63,228 bases of DNA, from contig CAYOIJ010000005.1 in the NCBI GenBank assembly GCA_964404025.1, positions 1 to 63,228 of the forward strand, given 5' to 3'. The notes under the pieces are model-generated. The model was not told where the DNA came from, did not search any database, and saw only the letters and a program-made list of their open reading frames with translations. Positions 35,551-45,135 of this stretch are shown here, one piece after another. The position numbers and the translations under genes were made by a program. Origin of the DNA: an uncultured Pseudomonadales bacterium (GTDB lineage Bacteria > Patescibacteriota > Microgenomatia > UBA1400 > PJMF01). Position 1 is the stretch's first letter; every line of letters starts with the position of its first letter.

Positions 35551-37689
35551 ATGCCCATTATGAGCATTAGTCGGCAAAAAATTGATCAACTTTTGCAAAA
35601 GATAATATTTGTACTACTTAATATATTGATTTTCTGCACTCCTTTTGTTTTCACCTGGTTTAATCAAGAACTTTTTGAGTTTAACAAAATGATTTTTGTT
35701 TATACTCTATCCAGCCTAATTATCGCTGTATGGACTTTGCGATCACTAGTCAGTAAACGATGTCTATATCGCAACAGAATTCATAATTACTTAATTCTTC
35801 TCTTTTTACTCTCCCAGCTGATCTCTACCATCTTTTCTATTCACCAGCGTACCTCTATTTTTGGTTATTACACTCGTTTTAATGGTGGCTTGCTTTCTGT
35901 TATCACCTACGTCGCTTTATTTTATAGTGCTCAATACAATTTAGATAAAAAACAATTAACACTACTGTTAAAAAACTTGTTATTTGCTGGTTTGTTAATG
36001 AGTCTATATGCCATTCCTGAACGCCTCGGTCATTCTTTAAGCTGCTTAATTGTCACCGGTAATTATGATGTTGCTTGTTGGGTGCAGGATGTACAAAATC
36101 GTGTCTTTGCCACTTTTGGTCAACCTAATTGGTTAGCTGCTTTTTTAATAATGCTTATTCCTTTGGCAATTTGGCAGTTTTGGCAACATTTAGAAAAATC
36201 AAAAAAACCAAAGCAATTACTAAAAACTATTTATTATGGCTTGCTCATTGTTTTGCTATCAATAGCTCTATTATTTACCAAATCACGTTCTGGATTATTG
36301 GCCCTGGGTGTTGCTCTCGTTTTTCAATTAGCTGCTCAAAAGCTGATTATCAAAAATAAAATCAAAAACATCTTCTTACTACTACCTTTTATTTTGATTC
36401 TACTGGCAACTGTCATTTTTAGTCCTAGTTTAAGCTTGAGTTCTCCTAATCAATCAATATTAAGCTCTCTAACTGATGGTCTAACTACAAACGATCAAAG
36501 CAACGAACAAGAAATAGAAATTGTTAACCCTCCCCAAGCCGGCGGTTCTAAATCTAGCGATATTAGAAAAGTAGTTTGGGAAGGAGCTTGGAAAGTCTGG
36601 CAGCGTTATCCTATTTTTGGCTCTGGAGTAGAAACTTTTGCTTATAGTTATTATCAAGATCGATTAGTTGAACATAACCTGCTTTCAGAATGGGATTTTT
36701 TATACAATAAGGCTCATAATGAATTGCTCAACTTCTTGGCTACCACCGGTATTGTTGGTTTACTTAGCTACTTAAGTTTATTTGTGGCTTTATCTGTTTA
36801 TCTCATCAGAGAGTGGCATCTCAAACAGTTAACTAGCCTACAAATTGCTCTAGCTAGTGCTTTACTAGCCATGTTTATTAGCAATTTCTTTGGTTTCTCA
36901 ACCGTCACTAGCAATCTACTATTTGCAATTTTTGCCAGCGTCTTGCTAAAACAAGACCTATCTTGGCCAAAAATCAAAAACAAGCAGCTTAATTACTTGG
37001 AGTATCTGGCAGTGATCCCTGTTTTTTTAATATTATTTGTCCTTAACATTGGTGTTTGGAAAATTTGGTACGCAGACTATCTATTTAGTCAAGGTAAAAC
37101 TCAGGTTCAACAAGGAGATTGGCAAAATGGAGTGCAACTAATACAAAATGCCATTGAAGAGTCGCCAAAAGAAGCGCTATTTTATGACGAACTAGCTAGT
37201 CAATATAGCATCTTGGCGATTGCTTTTGCTAAAGACCAACAAGCGACAAACAGCGCTAAATTTGCTCAGGCCGCTATTGAAACTAGTAATTTTGTGCAAG
37301 AACTTAACCCGGTGCATCTTAATTTTCATAAAAGTCGATCAAGAATTTTCATCAGATTAGCTCAACTTAGTGACGGGTTTTATATGGCCGCTAAAGATAG
37401 TTTGCAAACAGCTATTAATCTTTCGCCTAGCGAAGCTAAACTTTATTATAATTTAGCCCTAGTAGAAGAAGAATTAGGTAATCAGGAAACTGCCATTAAT
37501 TTGCTCAATAAAGGCATTCGATTAAAAGCAAACTACTGGGAGGCTTATTATGCGCTTGGCAAAATTTTAGAATTACAGGGTAAAACTCAAGAAGCAAGCA
37601 ATTACTATCAAGACATACTAGATAAAATTGATCCTAATAATACTTCAGCTCAAGAAGCATTGGCAGCACTAGAGAATAAAGATTTATAA
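35551..37689 (+). CDS. O-antigen ligase/oligosaccharyltransferase-like protein (Wzy_C) with C-terminal TPRs
   Basis: Many TMs, TFGQPNWLA, TKSRSG, PIFGSG, KAHNELL, TPR-like helices. Confidence 0.85.
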   Translation: MPIMSISRQKIDQLLQKIIFVLLNILIFCTPFVFTWFNQELFEFNKMIFVYTLSSLIIAVWTLRSLVSKRCLYRNRIHNYLILLFLLSQLISTIFSIHQRTSIFGYYTRFNGGLLSVITYVALFYSAQYNLDKKQLTLLLKNLLFAGLLMSLYAIPERLGHSLSCLIVTGNYDVACWVQDVQNRVFATFGQPNWLAAFLIMLIPLAIWQFWQHLEKSKKPKQLLKTIYYGLLIVLLSIALLFTKSRSGLLALGVALVFQLAAQKLIIKNKIKNIFLLLPFILILLATVIFSPSLSLSSPNQSILSSLTDGLTTNDQSNEQEIEIVNPPQAGGSKSSDIRKVVWEGAWKVWQRYPIFGSGVETFAYSYYQDRLVEHNLLSEWDFLYNKAHNELLNFLATTGIVGLLSYLSLFVALSVYLIREWHLKQLTSLQIALASALLAMFISNFFGFSTVTSNLLFAIFASVLLKQDLSWPKIKNKQLNYLEYLAVIPVFLILFVLNIGVWKIWYADYLFSQGKTQVQQGDWQNGVQLIQNAIEESPKEALFYDELASQYSILAIAFAKDQQATNSAKFAQAAIETSNFVQELNPVHLNFHKSRSRIFIRLAQLSDGFYMAAKDSLQTAINLSPSEAKLYYNLALVEEELGNQETAINLLNKGIRLKANYWEAYYALGKILELQGKTQEASNYYQDILDKIDPNNTSAQEALAALENKDL

Positions 37690-37718
37690 ACCAAGCAATT
37701 TGGGTTATAATATCCCCC

Positions 37719-38282
37719 ATGAAAGTTATTTCCGCGCCTCACCCAACTTTGCGTAGAGTGGCCAGCCCTGTCGAGAAATTTGATAAAAGGCTAGTTAAAT
37801 TTATAGGACGACTAAAAAAACAACTTTTACTCGAAAAAGATCCCGAAGGAGTCGGTTTAGCCGCTCCTCAGGTCAATAAATCTTGGCAAATTTTTGTTCT
37901 AAGAAATTCTGATCAAAAAGATAAAAAAGTAATTATTAAAGCCTTCATTAATCCCAAAATTACTGAACATAGTCAAAAAAAGACTTTACTCAAGGAAAGT
38001 GAACACTTCGAAGGCTGCCTTTCGGTACCAAAAGTTTATGGCCCTGTACCCCGCTGGGAATGGTTAAAAATCCAGTATCAAAGCATTGATGATCAGGGGC
38101 AAGTAGAACTTAGAAAAGAAAAATATTCTGGTTTTTTGGCCCGCGTTATTCAACATGAATATGACCATTTGCAGGGAGTCCTCTTTACTGATCATATCTT
38201 AGAAAATGAATTGCCAGCTTATATTATTCAAGATGAGCAATGGGTGGAAATTAAAGATCGGCAAATTTTGGAAAGCTTTTAA
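37719..38282 (+). CDS. def: Peptide deformylase
   Basis: GVGLAAPQV, EGCLS, HEYDHLQG. Confidence 0.97.
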   Translation: MKVISAPHPTLRRVASPVEKFDKRLVKFIGRLKKQLLLEKDPEGVGLAAPQVNKSWQIFVLRNSDQKDKKVIIKAFINPKITEHSQKKTLLKESEHFEGCLSVPKVYGPVPRWEWLKIQYQSIDDQGQVELRKEKYSGFLARVIQHEYDHLQGVLFTDHILENELPAYIIQDEQWVEIKDRQILESF

Positions 38283-38290
38283 AGATCAGT

Positions 38291-39373
38291 ATGAAATCAA
38301 ATTCATCTCCTCCACTCCGTTTGGCAATTGCTGGTTCAACCCAGCATAGCCAAAAAATTGCTGAGAAATTGGCTAAAAACCAAGCCCTTGAATTAGTCTG
38401 GGTGCTCACTCCACCCCCTAAAAAGATAGGTCGTAAACAACTATTAAGCATTAACCCCCTGGCCCTTTGGGCTAAAGATAAGCAAATTAATACTTTTCTA
38501 GTACCTGATAATCTAAAAAATTTACAATTAAAAAAACAAATTCGTGCACATGAAGTTGATATTTTGCTGGTAGTCGATTTTGGTTATTTTATTCCAGATT
38601 GGCTATTAGATTTCCCCAAAATAGATGCCCTCAACATCCACCCCTCCCTTTTACCTCGTTGGCGAGGCAGTTCTCCTGGTCAGTTTGCTATGCTTTTTAA
38701 AGATTTTAAGCGTCCTTGGCACGGTGAGTTGATTGGAGGCGAAAAAACTGCTGTGAGCTTAATGACCGTCAAAAAAGAATTAGACAGTGGTGATATTATT
38801 TTGCAAAAAATATTTAATATCGCTGAAGATTGGACACTGGCAGACTATTATCAAAAGGCTTTTACTCTAATCAATCAATCTCTAGCAAACAATATTTTGC
38901 AATTTATTAAGGGTCAATTAAAAGCTGTTCCCCAAAAAACTCAGTCTCCTACCCCATTTGCTCAACGCCTAGATAAGGCAGATGCTTTTGTGGCTTGGTC
39001 ACAGTTAAAAAATTTGTTGGAATTTAGCTCAGATGAAGAACTGAAGAAATTACAAAAAAATAATTCTTCTTTAAATATTAAAAAAGAAGCTTTATTAACT
39101 CAATTATTGGCTGGTCAAGGAATTTTGGGACATTATCCCCTAACTAAACTAGAACAATTAGAATTTGTTAATAATGCCTGCCAAGCTTTTCAACCTTGGC
39201 CTGGCTTATGGACAATTGCTCCTACTCACAAAGGAGAACAACGGCTAAAAATTTTGTCTTGTAAAATTGAAGAAAAAGGGGCAAGCAAGCGTTTAGTTTT
39301 GGAAAAAGTCCAATTTGCTGGGAAAAACCCTTGCTTATTTAGGGAAATTAAAAATCTGATTGACTTTAACTAG
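38291..39373 (+). CDS. fmt: Methionyl-tRNA formyltransferase
   Basis: VVDFG, NIHPSLLPRWRG, LDSGDI, FQPWPG; follows def. Confidence 0.92.
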   Translation: MKSNSSPPLRLAIAGSTQHSQKIAEKLAKNQALELVWVLTPPPKKIGRKQLLSINPLALWAKDKQINTFLVPDNLKNLQLKKQIRAHEVDILLVVDFGYFIPDWLLDFPKIDALNIHPSLLPRWRGSSPGQFAMLFKDFKRPWHGELIGGEKTAVSLMTVKKELDSGDIILQKIFNIAEDWTLADYYQKAFTLINQSLANNILQFIKGQLKAVPQKTQSPTPFAQRLDKADAFVAWSQLKNLLEFSSDEELKKLQKNNSSLNIKKEALLTQLLAGQGILGHYPLTKLEQLEFVNNACQAFQPWPGLWTIAPTHKGEQRLKILSCKIEEKGASKRLVLEKVQFAGKNPCLFREIKNLIDFN

Positions 39374-39378
39374 AAAAT

Positions 39379-39609
39379 TTATTCGCTGGGTTTTTGATAA
39401 TGGGTAGTTAAACCAGCTTTTTTAAGTTGTCTGAGTTGGCTTGTTGGAACCTTAATCTTTTTCTTTTCCCCATCTAAAACTACAGTTACTGCGTGTAAGT
39501 TATATTTAAACTTACGCTTAGTACGATTCTTGGCGTGAGAAACATTATGACCAGTATGAGACGCTCGTGGTAATTTTTTAATTAATTCACTAACCTTTGC
39601 TCTTTTCAT
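39379..39609 (-). CDS. rpmB: 50S ribosomal protein L28
   Basis: GHNVSHAKNRTKRKFKYNL. Confidence 0.92.
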   Translation of the reverse strand: MKRAKVSELIKKLPRASHTGHNVSHAKNRTKRKFKYNLHAVTVVLDGEKKKIKVPTSQLRQLKKAGLTTHYQKPSE

Positions 39610-39695
39610 AAGAAGGAATTCTAACATGATCAAGGCTTTTCTGCAATTATCTCCTGATTAAAATTAAACTTTTATCATTTGCTATATGTAGTAGA

Positions 39696-40322
39696 ATGGA
39701 ATACATGCTAATCGGTTTATTGCTTGCCAACCCCATTGCTTTTTTCTTAATCTTAATTGGCTTGTTGCTGTCAATTAGTTTTCATGAAGCAGCCCATTGC
39801 TATGTTACTGATAAATTGGGAGATCCTACTCCACGAATAAAGGGTCGTCTAACTCTTGACCCAAGGGCTCACCTAGATCCCTTAGGCACTTTATTGATTA
39901 TATTAACTGGTTTTGGCTGGGGCAAAGCTGCCCCCTACGATCCTTATAATCTAAAGTCGCCGGTGCGCGATACCGCTATCATCGCTGCTGCCGGACCCTT
40001 AACTAATATTATCATTGCTCTTTTATTGGCCCTCTTGACTCGCCTTATTGGTAGCAGTCTCATTGCGGTTTTTGCTGAATTCTTAATTTATATTAATCTC
40101 GCCCTAGCCTTATTTAATCTTCTACCTGTCTACCCTCTTGATGGGGGTAAAATTATGAGAGCTATTTTACCCAGAGAAAGTAGTTTTGAATACGAAGCTG
40201 TCATGGAGCGCTACGGTCAATTTATTTTATTGTTTATGATTTTGCCAATTTTTAATGGCCAATCAGCAGTAGCACAATTACTCGGACCAATTATTAATTT
40301 TTTAAGTAATCTTTTAATTTAA
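39696..40322 (+). CDS. Site-2 protease (M50)
   Basis: HEAAH, AAAGPLTN, FNLLPVYPLDGG. Confidence 0.93.
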   Translation: MEYMLIGLLLANPIAFFLILIGLLLSISFHEAAHCYVTDKLGDPTPRIKGRLTLDPRAHLDPLGTLLIILTGFGWGKAAPYDPYNLKSPVRDTAIIAAAGPLTNIIIALLLALLTRLIGSSLIAVFAEFLIYINLALALFNLLPVYPLDGGKIMRAILPRESSFEYEAVMERYGQFILLFMILPIFNGQSAVAQLLGPIINFLSNLLI

Positions 40323-40398
40323 CCCTGCAGCTTAGGCTTGATTTAGGCTTATTTCTCTTAATAATCTTTCTTCAATATTTTGATATATTGTATTTATT

Positions 40399-40968
40399 AT
40401 GAAAAAACACAATACAGGCATTATTGTTTTAATAATTTCAGCCATTATCGCTATAGTTATTGGCCTGGCTTGGTATAATTTAGGCCCAGGTTTTATGAGT
40501 CCAAAAGAAGTAACTGATCTTGCCAAAGAGGAACACTCAGCTGTTCCCGAGGAAGAAAAGCTAACAGGTCTCAGCAATGAAGAAACAGCAGATGATAAAT
40601 TAAGCAAAAAAGCAGAAGAAGCCGAAAAAGCTGGTTTTCAATTTGTCTTAGATTTTATTGAAGTTGGCCCACCAAGCATGGATGAAGCAGCAGCTAATCG
40701 TACCTATCAAGCTCTATCTAGCCAAGCTCAAACAAAAGTTAAGCAAGAAACTTTATCTCGTGATTTAACCACCTTTGTTGGCGTAGAAAATACGCCAGAT
40801 CAGGGAGTAAGCGTAGAAAATTTAGTTTTAGCAGAAGACGGCAGCGCCATCCTCACCATTGGGCTCAATTATTCAACTGGTGGTCGTATACTAAAAGCCA
40901 TCACCCTAATTGAAGAAGATGCTGAGTGGAAAGTAGATGCTGTGACTCAGGTGAAGGAGCTTGAATAA
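40399..40968 (+). CDS. Membrane-anchored extracytoplasmic protein
   Basis: N-terminal TM; C-terminus ending WKVDAV (NTF2-like, tentative). Confidence 0.55.
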   Translation: MKKHNTGIIVLIISAIIAIVIGLAWYNLGPGFMSPKEVTDLAKEEHSAVPEEEKLTGLSNEETADDKLSKKAEEAEKAGFQFVLDFIEVGPPSMDEAAANRTYQALSSQAQTKVKQETLSRDLTTFVGVENTPDQGVSVENLVLAEDGSAILTIGLNYSTGGRILKAITLIEEDAEWKVDAVTQVKELE

Positions 40969-40974
40969 ACTAGG

Positions 40975-41529
40975 CTAAAAGTGCTTACGATTGGTAGAAC
41001 TTGATTTGCCGAACCCAGGCCTATCTCCAAAATTTTTATCTATAATACCCTGGTCTAAATTCTGGTAAAAACGTCTCATTGGCCCTTTTCTTGACCAAAA
41101 TTCATTCAGTCCTGAACTATCAATTACCCAAGAAGCTAAAAAAATTGCAGCTACAAAAGAAATAATAATCAGTGAAAAATTCTTTTTATAAGAAAAGTCA
41201 TATTTTTTTAATAATTTAACACCGCTCCACAGTGCTAAAATAGCTAAAACTGGTATCCATAACGGCAGATTACTAAAAAGCATTTCTAAGCGCCAATAGT
41301 GTATTGGTCCCTGACGGCGCAAGACAAATAAACTTAAATTAAACAAAAAAACTGCCAAAACAATTGAGCTTACTAAACCTAAAAACAACAAGCTAGAGCC
41401 TAAAATAAAATACCACCTTGGCTTCATATTAATTTCACCAGTTTTCACCTTAGCCATAATTTCTTGACTCAAGTCAATTGTTTTTTGCTCCGTTTTGCTA
41501 TTTGTTTTTACTTTTTTTGTTTTTGACAT
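40975..41529 (-). CDS. Three-TM membrane protein, putative anti-sigma factor
   Basis: Overlaps the ECF sigma stop; Lys-rich cytoplasmic N-terminus followed by TMs. Confidence 0.6.
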   Translation of the reverse strand: MSKTKKVKTNSKTEQKTIDLSQEIMAKVKTGEINMKPRWYFILGSSLLFLGLVSSIVLAVFLFNLSLFVLRRQGPIHYWRLEMLFSNLPLWIPVLAILALWSGVKLLKKYDFSYKKNFSLIIISFVAAIFLASWVIDSSGLNEFWSRKGPMRRFYQNLDQGIIDKNFGDRPGFGKSSSTNRKHF

Positions 41530-42056
41530 ATTTTTTTCATTAATATCTTAGCTCGACTGAGTCTAGTACCTACCGTGCCAATTGCTACTCGCAAAATATC
41601 ACTAATTTCCTCGTAAGATTGTTCTTCTAAATAATAAAGAGTTAAGACTTCTTTATAAATCAGTGGCATTTGCGATAAACACTCTTTAGTGCGATTCTCT
41701 AATTCCTTTCTAATAAAATCATCTTCCAAATCAATATTGCTAGCAAAATCGACATCTTTGAGTATTGGCAACTCTTGTTTGTAGCGATTTAGTATATTCA
41801 TTGCTTCATTGTGAGTAATCCGATAAAGCCAACTGCTAAACTTTTTTTTGCTGTTAAAAGACTGAAGATTGACAAAAGCCTTAATAAAAGCCTCTTGGAT
41901 TACATCTGCAGCTTGATCATTGTCGGCTGTTAAATAAACAGCATAGCGCAAAAGTTTAGCCTGATAGCGATCAATTAAGTAGCGATAAAGCTCTTGATCT
42001 TTCTTTCTGACTAGATCTACCAACTCTTCATCACTTAACTTTTTATAATTCGGCAT
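41508..42056 (-). CDS. ECF sigma-70 factor
   Basis: DVIQEAFIK, FSSWLYRITHN, SYEEISDIL...GTVGTRLSRAK. Confidence 0.93.
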   Translation of the reverse strand: MPNYKKLSDEELVDLVRKKDQELYRYLIDRYQAKLLRYAVYLTADNDQAADVIQEAFIKAFVNLQSFNSKKKFSSWLYRITHNEAMNILNRYKQELPILKDVDFASNIDLEDDFIRKELENRTKECLSQMPLIYKEVLTLYYLEEQSYEEISDILRVAIGTVGTRLSRAKILMKKICQKQKK

Positions 42057-42130
42057 AACTATGAACAAAAACTATTATAAAGCCCATTTGACTATAAAAT
42101 AATGTATCTTTTTAATTTTACTAAAAGGTA

Positions 42131-42163
42131 AAAAAGCCCACTTAAAAATTAAGAGGGCTTTTT
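42131..42163. terminator. Bidirectional-type terminator hairpin
   Basis: AAAAAGCCC-ACTTAA...TTAAG-AGGGCTTTTT. Confidence 0.7.
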
Positions 42164-42171
42164 AAAATTGC

Positions 42172-42558
42172 TTAGCGATTGCGACGATTCATCTGTCCTT
42201 GCCCTTGTCCTTGGGCTTTATCAGCACCATTGCCAAGTCCTAAACCCAATTCTGCCCTGATTTGCTTGGCTTCTTCAATTTTTCCTTCTTGGGCTAATTG
42301 ATGAGCTTCAGCGAATCTAGCAAAATTACCTTCGTTAACTACTTCCGCTACTCGACCCTTACCCCGCATCAGTTCTTGCCAAGCTGAATAATCATTATTG
42401 GCAAAAGCAGCAGTCATGGCTTCGTGTCGCTCATCAGTGTGGTTGGGACCCTCAATACTAGGATTACCACGATAAGCATTAACTACATTGGGGAGTAAAA
42501 AAACTCCGGCAATCAATAAACTTACTATTCCTAGGGAAATTACTTGCTTTTTTAACAT
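42172..42558 (-). CDS. Secreted helical protein with Gly/Gln tail
   Basis: Signal peptide (VNA-YRG); strong SD AAGGAGGT. Confidence 0.7.
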   Translation of the reverse strand: MLKKQVISLGIVSLLIAGVFLLPNVVNAYRGNPSIEGPNHTDERHEAMTAAFANNDYSAWQELMRGKGRVAEVVNEGNFARFAEAHQLAQEGKIEEAKQIRAELGLGLGNGADKAQGQGQGQMNRRNR

Positions 42559-42661
42559 TTTACCTCCTTTCTGTTTACAATTATTATCTAACTGTAATAC
42601 CGAAAAGAAGCTATTTTTCTTTCAAGTAATTTTTTTCTTGAGAAAACTAAGTAGCTAAGGC

Positions 42662-42886
42662 TTAATCGTTTTGACCGAGCTCGTTTGATTCATTGTAAAT
42701 GCGAAGTTTGGCCTTGGTCAGTGCCCAAAAAACTTTATCAACAAATTCAGGATCAGCTAAGGTTAAACCTTGTTCTTGGCCAATTTTAATAATTGAATTA
42801 TAAATTTTACTGGCCAACACCTCAACTAATTCTAGCTTTTTAACTTCAGATTTATTAACTTTGTTCTGTCCTTTTTCTGGTGTCAT
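42662..42886 (-). CDS. Hypothetical protein
   Basis: 74-aa ORF. Confidence 0.45.
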   Translation of the reverse strand: MTPEKGQNKVNKSEVKKLELVEVLASKIYNSIIKIGQEQGLTLADPEFVDKVFWALTKAKLRIYNESNELGQND

Positions 42887-42943
42887 ATGTTGGTTATTGT
42901 ATCACAATAGATCATCAGACCCGATTGAAATTGATAGTTTAAT

Positions 42944-43153
42944 TTAAAAACCAGCCATTTTTTTAACTTCTGAAATGTCATTCTCATCTACTCGAAAACT
43001 AAGTAAAGCTGCACAAAGGATTTTTGAAATCTGATCTTGCAGTTCTTCTATTTTATTTTGATCTTGCTCTAAATCTAGTGCTGAAACAAGGGAGGAATTA
43101 ACCCCATATTTTTTAAATAATTCTTTTGATCTGCTAGTAGATGACATTAGCAA
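42944..43153 (-). CDS. Hypothetical protein
   Basis: 69-aa ORF; AGGGAG upstream. Confidence 0.45.
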   Translation of the reverse strand: MLMSSTSRSKELFKKYGVNSSLVSALDLEQDQNKIEELQDQISKILCAALLSFRVDENDISEVKKMAGF

Positions 43154-43224
43154 CTCCCTTAGCTATTAATAAATAATTAATCTGATAGTATAACATGCTC
43201 ATCATCTGAAAAATTAAATTTTAA

Positions 43225-44331
43225 TCAAAGACTATTTGGATCAATTTTAATTAAGCGATCATCTTGGGTGCTAGGATTGCCCCGACCATCTCGATTGCTG
43301 GTGGTAATGTATAAAAAACCATCTGGACCAGCAACTACTGCTCGAATACGCCCAAAGGGGCCGGAAAAATGTTTTTCAAGACTTAATTCTTGATTTAATT
43401 TTACTTGATGTAACGCTTGACCACGCAAACCACCAAAAAAAAGTGAACCGTCGATAAAAGCTAATCCCGAAGGTGCCCAGGTATCGCTGGTGCCAGACTG
43501 CAACTGAGCTGTTTCCATGTTCTCTGCCTCTTCATCTCCGGTAATAATCGGCCAACCGTAATTTTTACCCATCTCAATTAAATTTAGTTCATCTTGAGCT
43601 GAAGGACCATGTTCAGTAGCCCACAGTTGGCCAGCGCTGTCCCAAGCTAAACCTTGAGAATTGCGGTGACCGTAGGAATAAACCAAATTGTTAAAAGGGT
43701 TGCCTTCTACTACACCCCCCTCATCACTGACTCGCAGAATTTTACCAGCTAAAGAGTTAGTATCTTGAGCTAAATCAGCTTTGGCAGCATCACCAGTGCT
43801 TATATATAGATAGCCATCTGGCCCAAATTTAAGCCGACCGCCATTATGAATGTCATCTCCAGAAATATTGTCAATAATGATTTCTTCATTACTTAGTTTT
43901 CTGTTTTGGTAAGTCATTCTTACCACTCGATTGGCTAAAGCCCCATCTCTGCGATAGGTGTAATAGAGATAAACAAAAGAGTTGTCACTAAACTGAGGAT
44001 GAATGGCAATTCCCAGTAAACCACCCTCACCAATTGCTTCTACCCTATCAAGCACAAGCACTGGTTCTGCTTGCAAAATTCCATCAGCAACTAATCTGAC
44101 CCGACCCTCACGCTCAGTTAATAAAATATCTCCATCGGGTAAGAAGGCCAATGCCCAAGGCACCTCTAAACCCTCAGCTATTAATAGTGGCGACTCTAAC
44201 TGATCATCTGTTGCTAAATCATCACTGATGCTTGGTAAAAGTGTTAGCTCCTCTTCCTCTCTTGAGTTAAGCCAAAGATAGCTTCCTATCAAAGCAGCTA
44301 TTAATAAAAAAACAATTAAAAATTTTTTCAT
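43225..44331 (-). CDS. PQQ-dependent sugar dehydrogenase (soluble GDH/YliI family)
   Basis: PWALAF, GEGGLLG, HNGGRLKFGPDG, GKILR, YGHRNSQG, GRIRAV. Confidence 0.92.
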   Translation of the reverse strand: MKKFLIVFLLIAALIGSYLWLNSREEEELTLLPSISDDLATDDQLESPLLIAEGLEVPWALAFLPDGDILLTEREGRVRLVADGILQAEPVLVLDRVEAIGEGGLLGIAIHPQFSDNSFVYLYYTYRRDGALANRVVRMTYQNRKLSNEEIIIDNISGDDIHNGGRLKFGPDGYLYISTGDAAKADLAQDTNSLAGKILRVSDEGGVVEGNPFNNLVYSYGHRNSQGLAWDSAGQLWATEHGPSAQDELNLIEMGKNYGWPIITGDEEAENMETAQLQSGTSDTWAPSGLAFIDGSLFFGGLRGQALHQVKLNQELSLEKHFSGPFGRIRAVVAGPDGFLYITTSNRDGRGNPSTQDDRLIKIDPNSL

Positions 44332-44363
44332 AGCTCAATCATTGTAACAAATAATATTGTTTG

Positions 44364-45077
44364 TCATTTAATTTCCAAGTATTTCGTCAAATCTAAAACT
44401 GAGTTAATAACAATGTGAGGCTCAATTATTTTGTCTTGCTCTTGAATTAAAAAAGTAATCATCCCTAGGCTAGCAGCTGCTTCTACTTCAGATAATTGAT
44501 CATCAATAAAAATACTGGTTTCTGGTTTAAGATTAAATCTTTCCAACATTTCTTGGTAGGCAGATAAATCAGGTTTTGCTCCTTTTTTCATATCATCAAC
44601 GGCCAAGACTCTTTTGTATAAAAACTGTTCACTCAAGCTACCAAGTAGTACTTCCAAAGCGTCAAACACTCGCTTTCTGACTGATCCAGTAAAAACATGC
44701 ACCGGTAAGTGTTGCATTAATGAACTCAAAAGCTTTACTAAGTCCAAATCATAAGATAAATAATCAGCAATGGATAAAGACGAGGTAATTTCAAAATAGG
44801 CCTCTTCACTACCACCCATTACTTCAAACGATGGCTTCCAACCTATTTCTTGAGCTTGCTCAACATAAGTTTTGACTAATTTTGTTATTGTTTCTTCGTC
44901 CGGATCAGCAATCTTTTGTTTAAGCAAAACATCAGCGTTTGTTACTAATTTACGTCGCAAATCGCCCCACATTTCTTCTTCAGATTCGCCAAGACGACGA
45001 TAAAGAGTCTGATCAAAATCAAAAACTGCGGCATTGATTTCTCGACCATGGAGACTTATTGCCATAATTTCTTTCAA
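44364..45077 (-). CDS. HAD-IA hydrolase
   Basis: FDFDQTLY, KPD, FIDD. Confidence 0.85.
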   Translation of the reverse strand: MKEIMAISLHGREINAAVFDFDQTLYRRLGESEEEMWGDLRRKLVTNADVLLKQKIADPDEETITKLVKTYVEQAQEIGWKPSFEVMGGSEEAYFEITSSLSIADYLSYDLDLVKLLSSLMQHLPVHVFTGSVRKRVFDALEVLLGSLSEQFLYKRVLAVDDMKKGAKPDLSAYQEMLERFNLKPETSIFIDDQLSEVEAAASLGMITFLIQEQDKIIEPHIVINSVLDLTKYLEIK

Positions 45078-45135
45078 GGGGGCAGGAAAACACTTAAATA
45101 TAGTATAGCATAGGCAGAATTAACTAAAACATTTC

